Positions 51,354-60,288 of a stretch of DNA of 64,000 nt are shown here, one piece after another. The stretch comes from Nitrospinae bacterium CG11_big_fil_rev_8_21_14_0_20_45_15 (lineage in GTDB: Bacteria; Nitrospinota; Nitrospinia; Nitrospinales; VA-1). The notes under the pieces are model-generated. The model was not told where the DNA came from, ran no database searches, and saw only the letters and a list, made by a program, of their open reading frames with translations. The stretch lies in contig PCWG01000035.1 in the NCBI GenBank assembly GCA_002787235.1, positions 31,009-95,008 on the forward strand. Reading direction: 5' to 3'. The first letter of the stretch is position 1. Each line of letters starts with the position of its first letter. The position numbers and the translations under genes are program-made.

Positions 51354-52334
51354 ATGCATCCACTCCCCTTTGACCGATCTCAACTATTGATCAAACCTTT
51401 GGCTCAGCGTGACCATGATTTGGATATCTCTACCATCAAAGATCTAAAACCTTCAGCACCCAGCTCACTTGTTGAAAAACTGAACCCTCTCGCAAACAAA
51501 ATAATTACTGCTCGCAAAAAGGGTCGCGCTATCGTTTTAATGATGGGGGCTCATGTGATTCGTGCGGGTGTGCAACGGTATTTGATCGACTTGATGCAAC
51601 GCGGCTATATCAGTTGTCTGGCAATGAATGGCGCGGGTATCATTCACGATTATGAATTTGCGCGCGTCGGTGCCACAACAGAAAGTGTGGCTCGTTACAT
51701 TCAAACCGGGGAATTTGGTCTTTGGAAAGAAACCGGAGAATTGAATGATATCCTTGCCACTGCTTACAAGAACAATCCTAAAGAGGGTATGGGGCGGGCT
51801 GTTGGGCAAGCCATCGACGCATCTTCATTTCCACACAAAGACATCAGTTTATTTTGCGCGGCCTATCGTTTGGGTATTTCTGCAACGGTTCATGTTGGCA
51901 TGGGCTACGATATCATTCACGAACATCCCAATTGCGACGGAGCGGCGACAGGTGCCTTGTCGTACAATGATTTTTTGTTTTATACCGGTGCTCTGCAAAA
52001 ACTGGAAGGGGGTGTTGTTATGAATTTTGGCAGCGCGATCATGGCCCCAGAAATTTATTTGAAAGCCCTCAGCATGTGTCGAAATATTGCCCGACAAAAT
52101 AATGAATCGATCCGAAAATTTTCAACCCTCGTCTGCGACTTGCACGATCTCCCGGAAGATTTTACGACAGAACCACCAAGAAACAGTGCCGCTTATTATT
52201 TTCGTCCCTGGAAAACCATGCTCGTGCGAACCGTTGCCGACGGTGGGGAAAGTTTCTATGTCCGCGGAAATCATGCAGAGACACTCCCTGCTCTTTGGAC
52301 CTGCATTGACAACCTTGAAAAAAGTAAACGTTGA
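51354..52334 (+). CDS. Deoxyhypusine-synthase-like fold protein of unknown function
   Basis: MMGAHVI, NGAGIIHDYE, G.FG.W.ETG, TVHV.MG.DIIH.HP..DGAA.G, GSA...PE.YLKALS, G.H; ATG 51354. Confidence 0.65.
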   Translation: MHPLPFDRSQLLIKPLAQRDHDLDISTIKDLKPSAPSSLVEKLNPLANKIITARKKGRAIVLMMGAHVIRAGVQRYLIDLMQRGYISCLAMNGAGIIHDYEFARVGATTESVARYIQTGEFGLWKETGELNDILATAYKNNPKEGMGRAVGQAIDASSFPHKDISLFCAAYRLGISATVHVGMGYDIIHEHPNCDGAATGALSYNDFLFYTGALQKLEGGVVMNFGSAIMAPEIYLKALSMCRNIARQNNESIRKFSTLVCDLHDLPEDFTTEPPRNSAAYYFRPWKTMLVRTVADGGESFYVRGNHAETLPALWTCIDNLEKSKR

Positions 52335-52340
52335 AAATCT

Positions 52341-52823
52341 ATGACCCAGACGAAAATCCTTACTATTGATGCCATGGCTGAAGCCATTGCCGATTTAAAA
52401 AAACAGGGCAAGAAAGTCGGTCTCTGCCACGGATGCTTTGATCTCATGCATCCGGGGCATATCAAATATTTTCAATCCGCTCGCCAAATGGGAGATGCCC
52501 TAGCTGTCACAATAACTCCAGATCGTTTTGTAGATAAGGGGCCGGGAAGGCCTGTATTCAATCAGAATTTACGTGCAGAATCCATTGCGGCACTGGAATG
52601 CGTCAATTTCGTAGCCATCAACGAATGGCTCACCGCAGAAACGACGCTGGAAAAACTGCTTCCCGATTACTACGTCAAAGGTCAGGAATTTGAAAAACTG
52701 GAAGACAAGACCGGGAAAATACAAAAAGAATTTGAGGTCACCAAACGTCTGGGCATTGAAATGCGTTTCACGCATGAGATTGTATTTTCATCGACAGAAC
52801 TGATTAACAAATATCTCAAGTAA
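52341..52823 (+). CDS. Standalone cytidylyltransferase-like (RfaE/HldE domain II) nucleotidyltransferase
   Basis: HGCFDLMHPGH, KGPGRP.F...LRAE, YVKG, FSST. Confidence 0.88.
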   Translation: MTQTKILTIDAMAEAIADLKKQGKKVGLCHGCFDLMHPGHIKYFQSARQMGDALAVTITPDRFVDKGPGRPVFNQNLRAESIAALECVNFVAINEWLTAETTLEKLLPDYYVKGQEFEKLEDKTGKIQKEFEVTKRLGIEMRFTHEIVFSSTELINKYLK

Positions 52824-52867
52824 TTCGATTTCTATTTAAAAATTCAAATCAAAACGAATGGTAAACC

Positions 52868-54400
52868 ATGGATCAACTGATTAGAAAAAAAGTTCTTCTG
52901 TTTGACCGCCTTGTGGAAAAAGTGGATCAACTAAAAAAACAAGGGAAGGTCGTGGTGCAAACCCACGGAGTTTTTGATCTGATACATCCCGGCATCACAC
53001 AGCATCTGGCACTTGCAAGAAAGCAGGGTGATATTTGTGTCGCAACGGTCATCAAAGATAAAGATGTTCGTCGCGGACCGGGACGTCCCATATTCAACGA
53101 AACACTCCGGGCTGAAAATCTTGCCGCTTTGAACCTGGTCGATTACGTCACTTTGGTGGACGATGAAACCCCCTTCGAATGTGTTCGCGTTCTAAAACCC
53201 GATGTCTTTGCTCGCGGTCAGTCCCAAAACGAGCGCGACCACAAAATTCATGAGAAAATTTTTAAACAAGAAAAAGAACTGTATTTTGGTAAAAGCAAGC
53301 TATTTGAAACAGGTCTTTTTTCATACAGCTCGTCACAGTTCATCAATAACTTCACGGAAAACTATTCACCTGAAGTCCGAGATTTTTTAAAGAACTTTTC
53401 AGAAAAATATTCTTTCAACAATATCGTTGACCGCTTGAATCAGTTAAAAAAATTAAAAGTGGTTCTCATTGGCGACGGGATCATTGACGAATACCATTAT
53501 TGCGAGCCTATGGGGAAATCTGCAAAGTCCAATCTTGTGGTCAGCAGATATGTGGATCACGAGGTTTTTGCCGGGGGTGCTTTTGCAATCGCAAACCATG
53601 TTGCCAGTATTTGTGAAAAAGTACAGCTTGTCAGTTTGCTGGGAGAAGAAGATTCAAGGGAAGAATTTATCCGAAACAATTTGAAACCCAATGTGAAGGC
53701 ACAACTCTTCTCACGATCGGATGGGCCTACCGTCATCAAAAAACGCTACCTTCACAAATATCTCAATCAAAAATTGCACGAGATCAACTATCTGAACGAT
53801 CAACCTGTAAATGAGAAACTTGAGAAAAAGATCATCAAATATCTTTCAACCCATCTCCCGAAGTTTGACCTTGTATTGGTTTCCGACTTTGGACACGGTT
53901 TCATTAGCCCTCTGATTTACGATGCTATCGAAAAACACGCTAAAATCCTTGCTATCAACGCCCAAACCAACGGAGCCAATACGGGCTACAATCTCATCAC
54001 TAAATATCACAATCCCAATTATGCCTGTCTGGATGAGCCTGAGGTGAGACTTGCCGCGCAAGCGAAGTATCAAAATATAGATGAAGTTGCATCGTCCATA
54101 AGGGAGCGGCTGAATGCGGACTATCTGATCACCACTCAGGGGAAGAAGGGATCCATCGGGGTCAATCGCGAAAACCAAATCAACCGGACCCCTATTTTCT
54201 CAACCCGGGTCATTGATACGGTAGGTGCCGGTGACGCATTTTTTGCCTACACGGCACCCTGCTTTGCTCAAAAAATGCCTCTCGATTTTGTGTCTTTCAT
54301 TGGAAATGCGGTGGGAGCACTGGCTGTGCAAATCATGGGGAACAAAAAGGCTGTAGAGAAATCTGAGCTCCTTGAGTTTGTAAATGCTTTGTTGAAATAA
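52868..54400 (+). CDS. Fusion of cytidylyltransferase-like domain and PfkB sugar kinase (HldE-like, reversed domain order)
   Basis: HGVFDLIHPGI...RGPGRP; IGD.IIDEY, GGA..IANH, SDFGHG, DTVGAGDAF. Confidence 0.85.
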   Translation: MDQLIRKKVLLFDRLVEKVDQLKKQGKVVVQTHGVFDLIHPGITQHLALARKQGDICVATVIKDKDVRRGPGRPIFNETLRAENLAALNLVDYVTLVDDETPFECVRVLKPDVFARGQSQNERDHKIHEKIFKQEKELYFGKSKLFETGLFSYSSSQFINNFTENYSPEVRDFLKNFSEKYSFNNIVDRLNQLKKLKVVLIGDGIIDEYHYCEPMGKSAKSNLVVSRYVDHEVFAGGAFAIANHVASICEKVQLVSLLGEEDSREEFIRNNLKPNVKAQLFSRSDGPTVIKKRYLHKYLNQKLHEINYLNDQPVNEKLEKKIIKYLSTHLPKFDLVLVSDFGHGFISPLIYDAIEKHAKILAINAQTNGANTGYNLITKYHNPNYACLDEPEVRLAAQAKYQNIDEVASSIRERLNADYLITTQGKKGSIGVNRENQINRTPIFSTRVIDTVGAGDAFFAYTAPCFAQKMPLDFVSFIGNAVGALAVQIMGNKKAVEKSELLEFVNALLK

Positions 54401-54436
54401 TTTGTCACAATTACAAATTTTCCGAAGATACCGTTT

Positions 54437-54961
54437 TCAATCGAACTCGCTTCCTTTCCCTAACATGAACCGTTTCATGGCGACCATCCCTTTGGAAATC
54501 CATAACATCAAAGGGTTGCCAATATAATACCTTCCCTCCTTTTCATAAACCTGACCATTATTCAATAGCCGATCCATTCTCATTCGTATCATATCGTTTG
54601 CATTATAACGTTTGAGAATTTCGTCCATAGTCAAGCCATTGTCGGAATCGTTTAACTCCCTCAAAATTCTAATTCGACGGGCGGTTTCTCCCATATTAAT
54701 AAAATGGAAATAACAGTAAGACAGAGCCATATAGATCACGCCGTTGGTCCAAAACAATGCAATAAAATTCCCTGAGGGTTGACCCAAAAGGTGCAGGTAA
54801 GATTCCATCAGCGTTACTCCAATCAACCCTACCCCACACCCTAAGAAAAGAGATTTCAAAAGAGGCAAACTCGCCAAAAATCGAAATCCAGAAACCTGAA
54901 CCAGAACATTGATTCCCAATCCAACAATTGGACTCATCAAGTTTATCAGATTATGTTCCAT
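54437..54961 (-). CDS. Hypothetical membrane protein (3 TM plus winged-helix-like C-terminus)
   Basis: Hydrophobic N-half; ETARRIRIL..L...GLT..EI...R...L...G.V....GRY. Confidence 0.65.
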   Translation of the reverse strand: MEHNLINLMSPIVGLGINVLVQVSGFRFLASLPLLKSLFLGCGVGLIGVTLMESYLHLLGQPSGNFIALFWTNGVIYMALSYCYFHFINMGETARRIRILRELNDSDNGLTMDEILKRYNANDMIRMRMDRLLNNGQVYEKEGRYYIGNPLMLWISKGMVAMKRFMLGKGSEFD

Positions 54962-54964
54962 CCC

Positions 54965-55480
54965 TTAACCTCCTTTGGAAGCACCTAATAATGAACGATA
55001 AAATCCAAACAATTGAGCCATGAGTTTTCCTTTGGGGGTCAGACAATAACGCCCCTCCTTTAAAACAGCCATATGGTCTGTCAGCAGGTCTCGAATTCTT
55101 GGTTTCACCAAAAGATCATCGTTGAGTATTTGATAAAATTCATTAACAGGAAGTCCTTGATCCCCGGCCTTATGGATTGTCATGACAATAACCAGGGAAG
55201 GACTATCCGCTTCCAATCCGGGATAAGTGTTGAGATAAGATAAAGTCAGAACGAGAAACAACAGGCTGATATGCAGATATTCCGAAACCGTTTTTGGCAT
55301 CAAGTCGCCGCCACCATTGGCCGATAAGAACCCTAATGCACATAGGAAAACAATTCCTGTTGCAAAAAAAATCTGTAAAAGTGTTTTGGCTTGTCGTTTA
55401 GGAAGGCGAATTTTCCAAATCAGCCATTGAATGATAAAAGCCAACAAAAAACAACTCGTTCCTAATAAAAAGATTTTCAT
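54965..55480 (-). CDS. Hypothetical membrane protein, paralog of the adjacent gene
   Basis: Hydrophobic N-half; LSY..Y...E.DSPSL, GL...E, RI.DL, EGRYCLTPKG. Confidence 0.65.
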   Translation of the reverse strand: MKIFLLGTSCFLLAFIIQWLIWKIRLPKRQAKTLLQIFFATGIVFLCALGFLSANGGGDLMPKTVSEYLHISLLFLVLTLSYLNTYPGLEADSPSLVIVMTIHKAGDQGLPVNEFYQILNDDLLVKPRIRDLLTDHMAVLKEGRYCLTPKGKLMAQLFGFYRSLLGASKGG

Positions 55481-55755
55481 ATTTCAGGGAATTAAATTTC
55501 AGGAAATCCACCGGGACAAACCAACGGATACAAGTATTGAATACTGTTGCGCTTTTATAAATTTGGAGAGGGCTCAGTAAAAACTTTTCAACAAGTCGAT
55601 TCAGTTGCGAATAACATTGATCAAACGAAAAGGTTGTTATTCTTCATATTCTTGATAACAAGTATTTTAATGATTTTAAGCATAGTCTTTGTTAAAATTC
55701 AATAACTAAAGGTCTTATTTAATAGGCCTTACATTCAATTGAAATACGCTATTAA

Positions 55756-56355
55756 ATGAAAACCATCGCGAAACAATATTATAATGATTTAAATTCCCTG
55801 CTGGGTTCAATTTCCGTCTCAGACCAGCAAGGCCGCGCATTGGATATTTATCAAGGCATCGAGTTGGTCGGGAATCTCGCCAAAGAAAAAGCCCTTGTTG
55901 GAAACAACAAATTGATGTTCATCGGTAATGGTGCAAGTGCTGCTATTTCCAGTCACATGGCTACCGATTATTGGAAAAACGGCGGCTTGAGAGCGGTAGC
56001 TTTTAATGACAGCTCCCTACTAACGTGTATCAGCAATGACTACGGCTATGTTCATGTTTTTGAAAAGCCTATCGAAATGTTTGCTGATAAAGGAGATATT
56101 CTGTTCGCTATCAGTAGCTCAGGAAAATCGGAAAACATACTGCGTGGTGTAGCTGCCGCAAGAAATAAAGGATGTCAGGTCGTAACATTTTCTGGATTTA
56201 AAGACAGCAACCCACTGAAAGAATTGGGGGATTACAATTTCTATGTCCCTTCCGAGGGTTATGGACCTGTTGAGATCATACATCTATCCATTTGTCACTG
56301 CATCATCGACGCAATCATCATATCTCAGTCCAAAGTTCATAGCCAGGAAGCCTAA
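55756..56355 (+). CDS. GmhA-like SIS-domain phosphosugar isomerase
   Basis: IGNGASAA..SH.A.D, TCISNDYGY..VF, ISSSGKSENI, VE..H...H. Confidence 0.88.
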   Translation: MKTIAKQYYNDLNSLLGSISVSDQQGRALDIYQGIELVGNLAKEKALVGNNKLMFIGNGASAAISSHMATDYWKNGGLRAVAFNDSSLLTCISNDYGYVHVFEKPIEMFADKGDILFAISSSGKSENILRGVAAARNKGCQVVTFSGFKDSNPLKELGDYNFYVPSEGYGPVEIIHLSICHCIIDAIIISQSKVHSQEA

Positions 56356-56452
56356 AATTAAAGAACCAGCATTTACCAGCCACAAAAATTTCGCAGGTTA
56401 AATTTAAGGTCGGTGGCTCCACTAACCTCCTTTCCTCCCTCAAAAGTAGCGT

Positions 56453-57547
56453 ATGGCAGACAAACATCAAATAGACGGACATAAATTGATTTATCACCCT
56501 GAGCGAGTCGCGCAATGGACTCAAGGGAGTGAATCCTGGGATCAGGCAAAATCCATCTACCCGATTTATGTTGAAATCGCACCCATTGGAGGTTGCAATC
56601 ACCGTTGTACCTTTTGCGCTGTGGATTATATTGGATACAAGACCCGCAGTATTGAACCCGAACTGCTCAAGACACGTCTCGGCGAAATGGCGAGACTTGG
56701 CATCAAAAGCGTTATGTTTGCGGGAGAAGGTGAACCCACTCTGTATAAGGCGTTACCGGAAATTTTAGATCATTGTACAGAAGTTGGAATTGACACATCG
56801 TTGACCACCAACATGGTTCCGTTTACCACGAACAATGTTGAATCCTTCGTGAGAAATTGCAAATGGATAAAGACGAGTATCAATGCAGGAACTGCTGAGA
56901 CATACGCTCAAATTCATCAATGCAAGCCCGATGACTTCAATCGTGTGCTGGATAATTTTGCAATGGCTGTGGAAACACGTAAGAAAATCAAATCTACCTG
57001 TACCATCGGCGGACAAATCGTCCTGTTGCCTGAGAATGCAGACGAAGTTTCCGAGCTGGCAGAAAAACTCAGAAAAATTGGTGTCGATTATCTGGTCGTC
57101 AAACCCTACTCTCAGCACAATTCCAGCGTCACCCGGCAATACGAATCGATTGATTACAGCAATTACCTTAACCTTAAAAATGATTTAGAATCATTGAGCG
57201 ATGATAACTTCTCCGTTGTATTTCGAAATGCAACAATGGAGAGAACGCTTGAAAAAGATTTTGAATTTAAGGTTTGTCAGGCAACCCCCTTCTTCTGGGC
57301 CTATATTATGGCAAATGGAGAAGTTTATGGCTGTAGTGCCTATCTTGAGGATGAGCGTTTCTGTTATGGGAACATAACAGATGAGTCTTTCGAGGAAATT
57401 TGGGAAGGTGACAAGCGAAAACAAAATCATCATTTTGTTCTGCATGAGTTAAACATAGAAGAGTGTCGGCATAATTGCCGAATGTGGTCGGTAAATCAAT
57501 ATTTAAACAAACTTAAAAATCCTACGGATCACGTTAATTTTATATGA
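56453..57547 (+). CDS. Radical SAM protein with SPASM/twitch domain
   Basis: CNHRCTFC, GEGEP; C-terminal CQATPF..GEVYGC..YGNI..F.EIW..CRHNC. Confidence 0.9.
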   Translation: MADKHQIDGHKLIYHPERVAQWTQGSESWDQAKSIYPIYVEIAPIGGCNHRCTFCAVDYIGYKTRSIEPELLKTRLGEMARLGIKSVMFAGEGEPTLYKALPEILDHCTEVGIDTSLTTNMVPFTTNNVESFVRNCKWIKTSINAGTAETYAQIHQCKPDDFNRVLDNFAMAVETRKKIKSTCTIGGQIVLLPENADEVSELAEKLRKIGVDYLVVKPYSQHNSSVTRQYESIDYSNYLNLKNDLESLSDDNFSVVFRNATMERTLEKDFEFKVCQATPFFWAYIMANGEVYGCSAYLEDERFCYGNITDESFEEIWEGDKRKQNHHFVLHELNIEECRHNCRMWSVNQYLNKLKNPTDHVNFI

Positions 57548-57578
57548 CCGCAGGCTTTAAATTTATTGGAGATTGTAT

Positions 57579-58688
57579 ATGAATGGATTAGATAAAATCC
57601 TAGATTCGTCCAAGATCCTTTGGCATCAAGATCGACTTGAAAAATGGAAACGCGGAGAGCGTTTTGCTCCTATCACTGTCGATATGTCCCTGACACAGGC
57701 CTGCAACTACTCTTGTGTGTTTTGTTATGCCGCCCTTCAAGAAAACGATGGTTTCAAGATCAGCGAAGATGTTATGCGACGCTTTCTTGACGACTGCGCT
57801 GAGATTGGAGTCAAGGCAATCAGTTTGGTAAGCGACGGAGAAAGCACCATTTCGCCTGCTTTCAAATTCACCGTTCAATACGGACATGCCAAAGGAATCA
57901 ATATGGCGGTGGGTTCCAATGGTTTTCTGCTAACGAAAGAAGTCTTGGAGGATATTCTTCCCTGCCTTACCTATCTCCGCTTTAATTTTTCTGGAGGAGA
58001 ACGGGAACGTTACGCTCAAATCATGGGAGTAAAAGAATCCAGCTTTGATCAGGTTTGCCAGAACATCCGCGATGCGATGGAAATCAAAAAAAGAAGGAAT
58101 CTGGAATGCACCGTGGGAATGCAAATGGTGCTCATGCCTGACATGGCGGATCAAATCATGCCACTTGCCAAATTGGGGAAAGAACTCCGTCCCGATTACC
58201 TTGTCATCAAACATTGCAGCGATGATGAAAAAGGATCATTGGGAGTGAAATATGAAGAATACCGAAAGACTTACGACCTGCTCGAAGCGGCAGAAGCCTT
58301 GTCCGATGAAGAATATTTAGTCAAGGTAAAATGGTCTAAAATCAATGCAGAGGGACAACGAGATTATGAGCAGTGCTATGGAGCACCGTTTATATTACAA
58401 CTTTCTGGAACGGGGTTGGTTGCTCCCTGCGGGCCTTTATTCAACGAGCAATACAAGAGATACCATATAGGCAATATCTGCGATGAGTCATTCAAAGACA
58501 TCGTTTTTGGTGATCGATACTGGGAAGTCATGAAAGAGTTGGGCTCAGACCGTTTCAATGCCAAGACCATGTGCGGAACCCTTTGCCTTCAACACAAAAC
58601 CAATGAGGTTTTAGATAAATTCAAAAAAGGCGAAGGCTCTCTGGATAAACCCGAAGGGGAACCACCTGTTCATTTAAATTTTGTTTGA
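57579..58688 (+). CDS. Radical SAM protein with SPASM/twitch domain (paralog)
   Basis: CNYSCVFC, SDGES; CYGAPF..VAPC..IGNI..CGTLC; ATG 57579 after GGAG. Confidence 0.9.
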   Translation: MNGLDKILDSSKILWHQDRLEKWKRGERFAPITVDMSLTQACNYSCVFCYAALQENDGFKISEDVMRRFLDDCAEIGVKAISLVSDGESTISPAFKFTVQYGHAKGINMAVGSNGFLLTKEVLEDILPCLTYLRFNFSGGERERYAQIMGVKESSFDQVCQNIRDAMEIKKRRNLECTVGMQMVLMPDMADQIMPLAKLGKELRPDYLVIKHCSDDEKGSLGVKYEEYRKTYDLLEAAEALSDEEYLVKVKWSKINAEGQRDYEQCYGAPFILQLSGTGLVAPCGPLFNEQYKRYHIGNICDESFKDIVFGDRYWEVMKELGSDRFNAKTMCGTLCLQHKTNEVLDKFKKGEGSLDKPEGEPPVHLNFV

Positions 58689-58997
58689 TAACGGCGGGTA
58701 TTTTATTTTGTATCTCCAGATATCTACCGAGTGATATAATTGCTCGGTTTGAATTTTAAACAGTTCCAATCTGAAAAAATATTTTTTAGGAAGGCTAACA
58801 GCGTCGCTTGATCACAAAGATCTGTTTTCCCGAAGTACTCAAAGGTAAACATTTCCATAGTCACTAGATACTTGAATTTTTATTCCTGTTATTTTTCTTA
58901 TTGTTCTTTCATGAACGATTGGTCAGCTAATAGGTTCCTCTCTAAATATGATTTTTATCACAACCTCCTTCTTATTTTTTCACTTTTATAGAGCGGT

Positions 58998-60188
58998 ATG
59001 AAAAAATTATCCAAGGCAGCGCACCGAATCGAAGGACAAAAAATGTTTCAAATCCTGGCTAAAACCCGGGAACTGGAACAACAGGGGAAAGAAATTCTAC
59101 ATTTTGAGTTGGGAGACCCCGATTTTTCAACTCCTCCCAATATTACCCAGGCCGCTTACGAAGCCATTCTGGACGGCAAAACCCATTACGCCCCATCCTC
59201 AGGTCTTATCGAATTACGAGAAGCCGCCGCAGATGTGACTAGCCGCTCACGAGGATTTCGCCCGGATTTGGACCAACTTCTCGTCTGCCCCGGTGCCAAT
59301 GTAATCATCTACTATGCCCTCGCATGCACAGTGGACCCTGGCGAAGAAGTCATCGTGCCCGACCCCGGCTTCGTTTCCTATTTTTCCATCCTTAAATACT
59401 TGGGAATCAATGTGGTCAGAATTCCTCTCAAAGAGGAGAATGAGTTCCGCCTGAATCCAGACGATGTAGAAAAAGCCATCACAGAAAAGACCCGAATGAT
59501 CATCATGAATTCGCCCAGCAACCCAACTGGAGCCGTCATGACTCAGGATGAAATTCGCAGAATGTATGAGATCGCTGAAAAGCACGACGTCTACCTCTTG
59601 AGTGATGAAATCTACGCCCGGATGATATACAAGGAATCAGGGACCGATCACTTCTCTCCCAGCCAATTTGATCATTGCCGAGAGCGTACCATCATAGTCA
59701 ATGGCTTTAGTAAATCCTACGCCATGACGGGATGGCGCCTGGGAGTTGCCACTGGACCGGCGGAAGTGATTTCTAAAATGGGACTTTTGCTCGAAACCAC
59801 TACCTCTTGTGTCTCACCCTTCATCCAAAAAGCTGGAATAGAAGCCTTGACGGGTTCGCAAGAGCCGATCATGAAAATGGTTCAGGAGTTTCGCAATCGT
59901 CGTGACAACATCGTGCGAGGCTTGAACAGTCTTCCCGGAGTTTCATGTTTGACACCCCGTGGAGCATTTTACGCTTTTCCAAACATCACTCAAACAGGGT
60001 GGAGCAGTTCTGAATTTGCCGATATAATGTTATCTGAAGCAGGAGTCGCAGTGGCCCCCGGGCCTATTTTTGGGCAATATGCAGAAGGCTACGTCCGATT
60101 GTGTTACGCCAACTCCATCGAATACACAAACCGTGCAATTGAAAAAATGCGACCCATTTTAACGGAGAGGATGGTCTCTGTACCCTAA
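58998..60188 (+). CDS. PLP-dependent aminotransferase class I/II (aspartate aminotransferase-like)
   Basis: GDPDF, NSPSNPTG, SDEIY, GFSKSYAMTGWRLG, GAFY, YVRL. Confidence 0.92.
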   Translation: MKKLSKAAHRIEGQKMFQILAKTRELEQQGKEILHFELGDPDFSTPPNITQAAYEAILDGKTHYAPSSGLIELREAAADVTSRSRGFRPDLDQLLVCPGANVIIYYALACTVDPGEEVIVPDPGFVSYFSILKYLGINVVRIPLKEENEFRLNPDDVEKAITEKTRMIIMNSPSNPTGAVMTQDEIRRMYEIAEKHDVYLLSDEIYARMIYKESGTDHFSPSQFDHCRERTIIVNGFSKSYAMTGWRLGVATGPAEVISKMGLLLETTTSCVSPFIQKAGIEALTGSQEPIMKMVQEFRNRRDNIVRGLNSLPGVSCLTPRGAFYAFPNITQTGWSSSEFADIMLSEAGVAVAPGPIFGQYAEGYVRLCYANSIEYTNRAIEKMRPILTERMVSVP

Positions 60189-60288
60189 GCCTATTCTGGG
60201 AGTATGAAGAATACGCAGTCTGTTTCCCAAAAAAATAACCCGACTCATTTTCCCGCAAAAAGGGATTTTCTATTTTAAGGAGATCATA

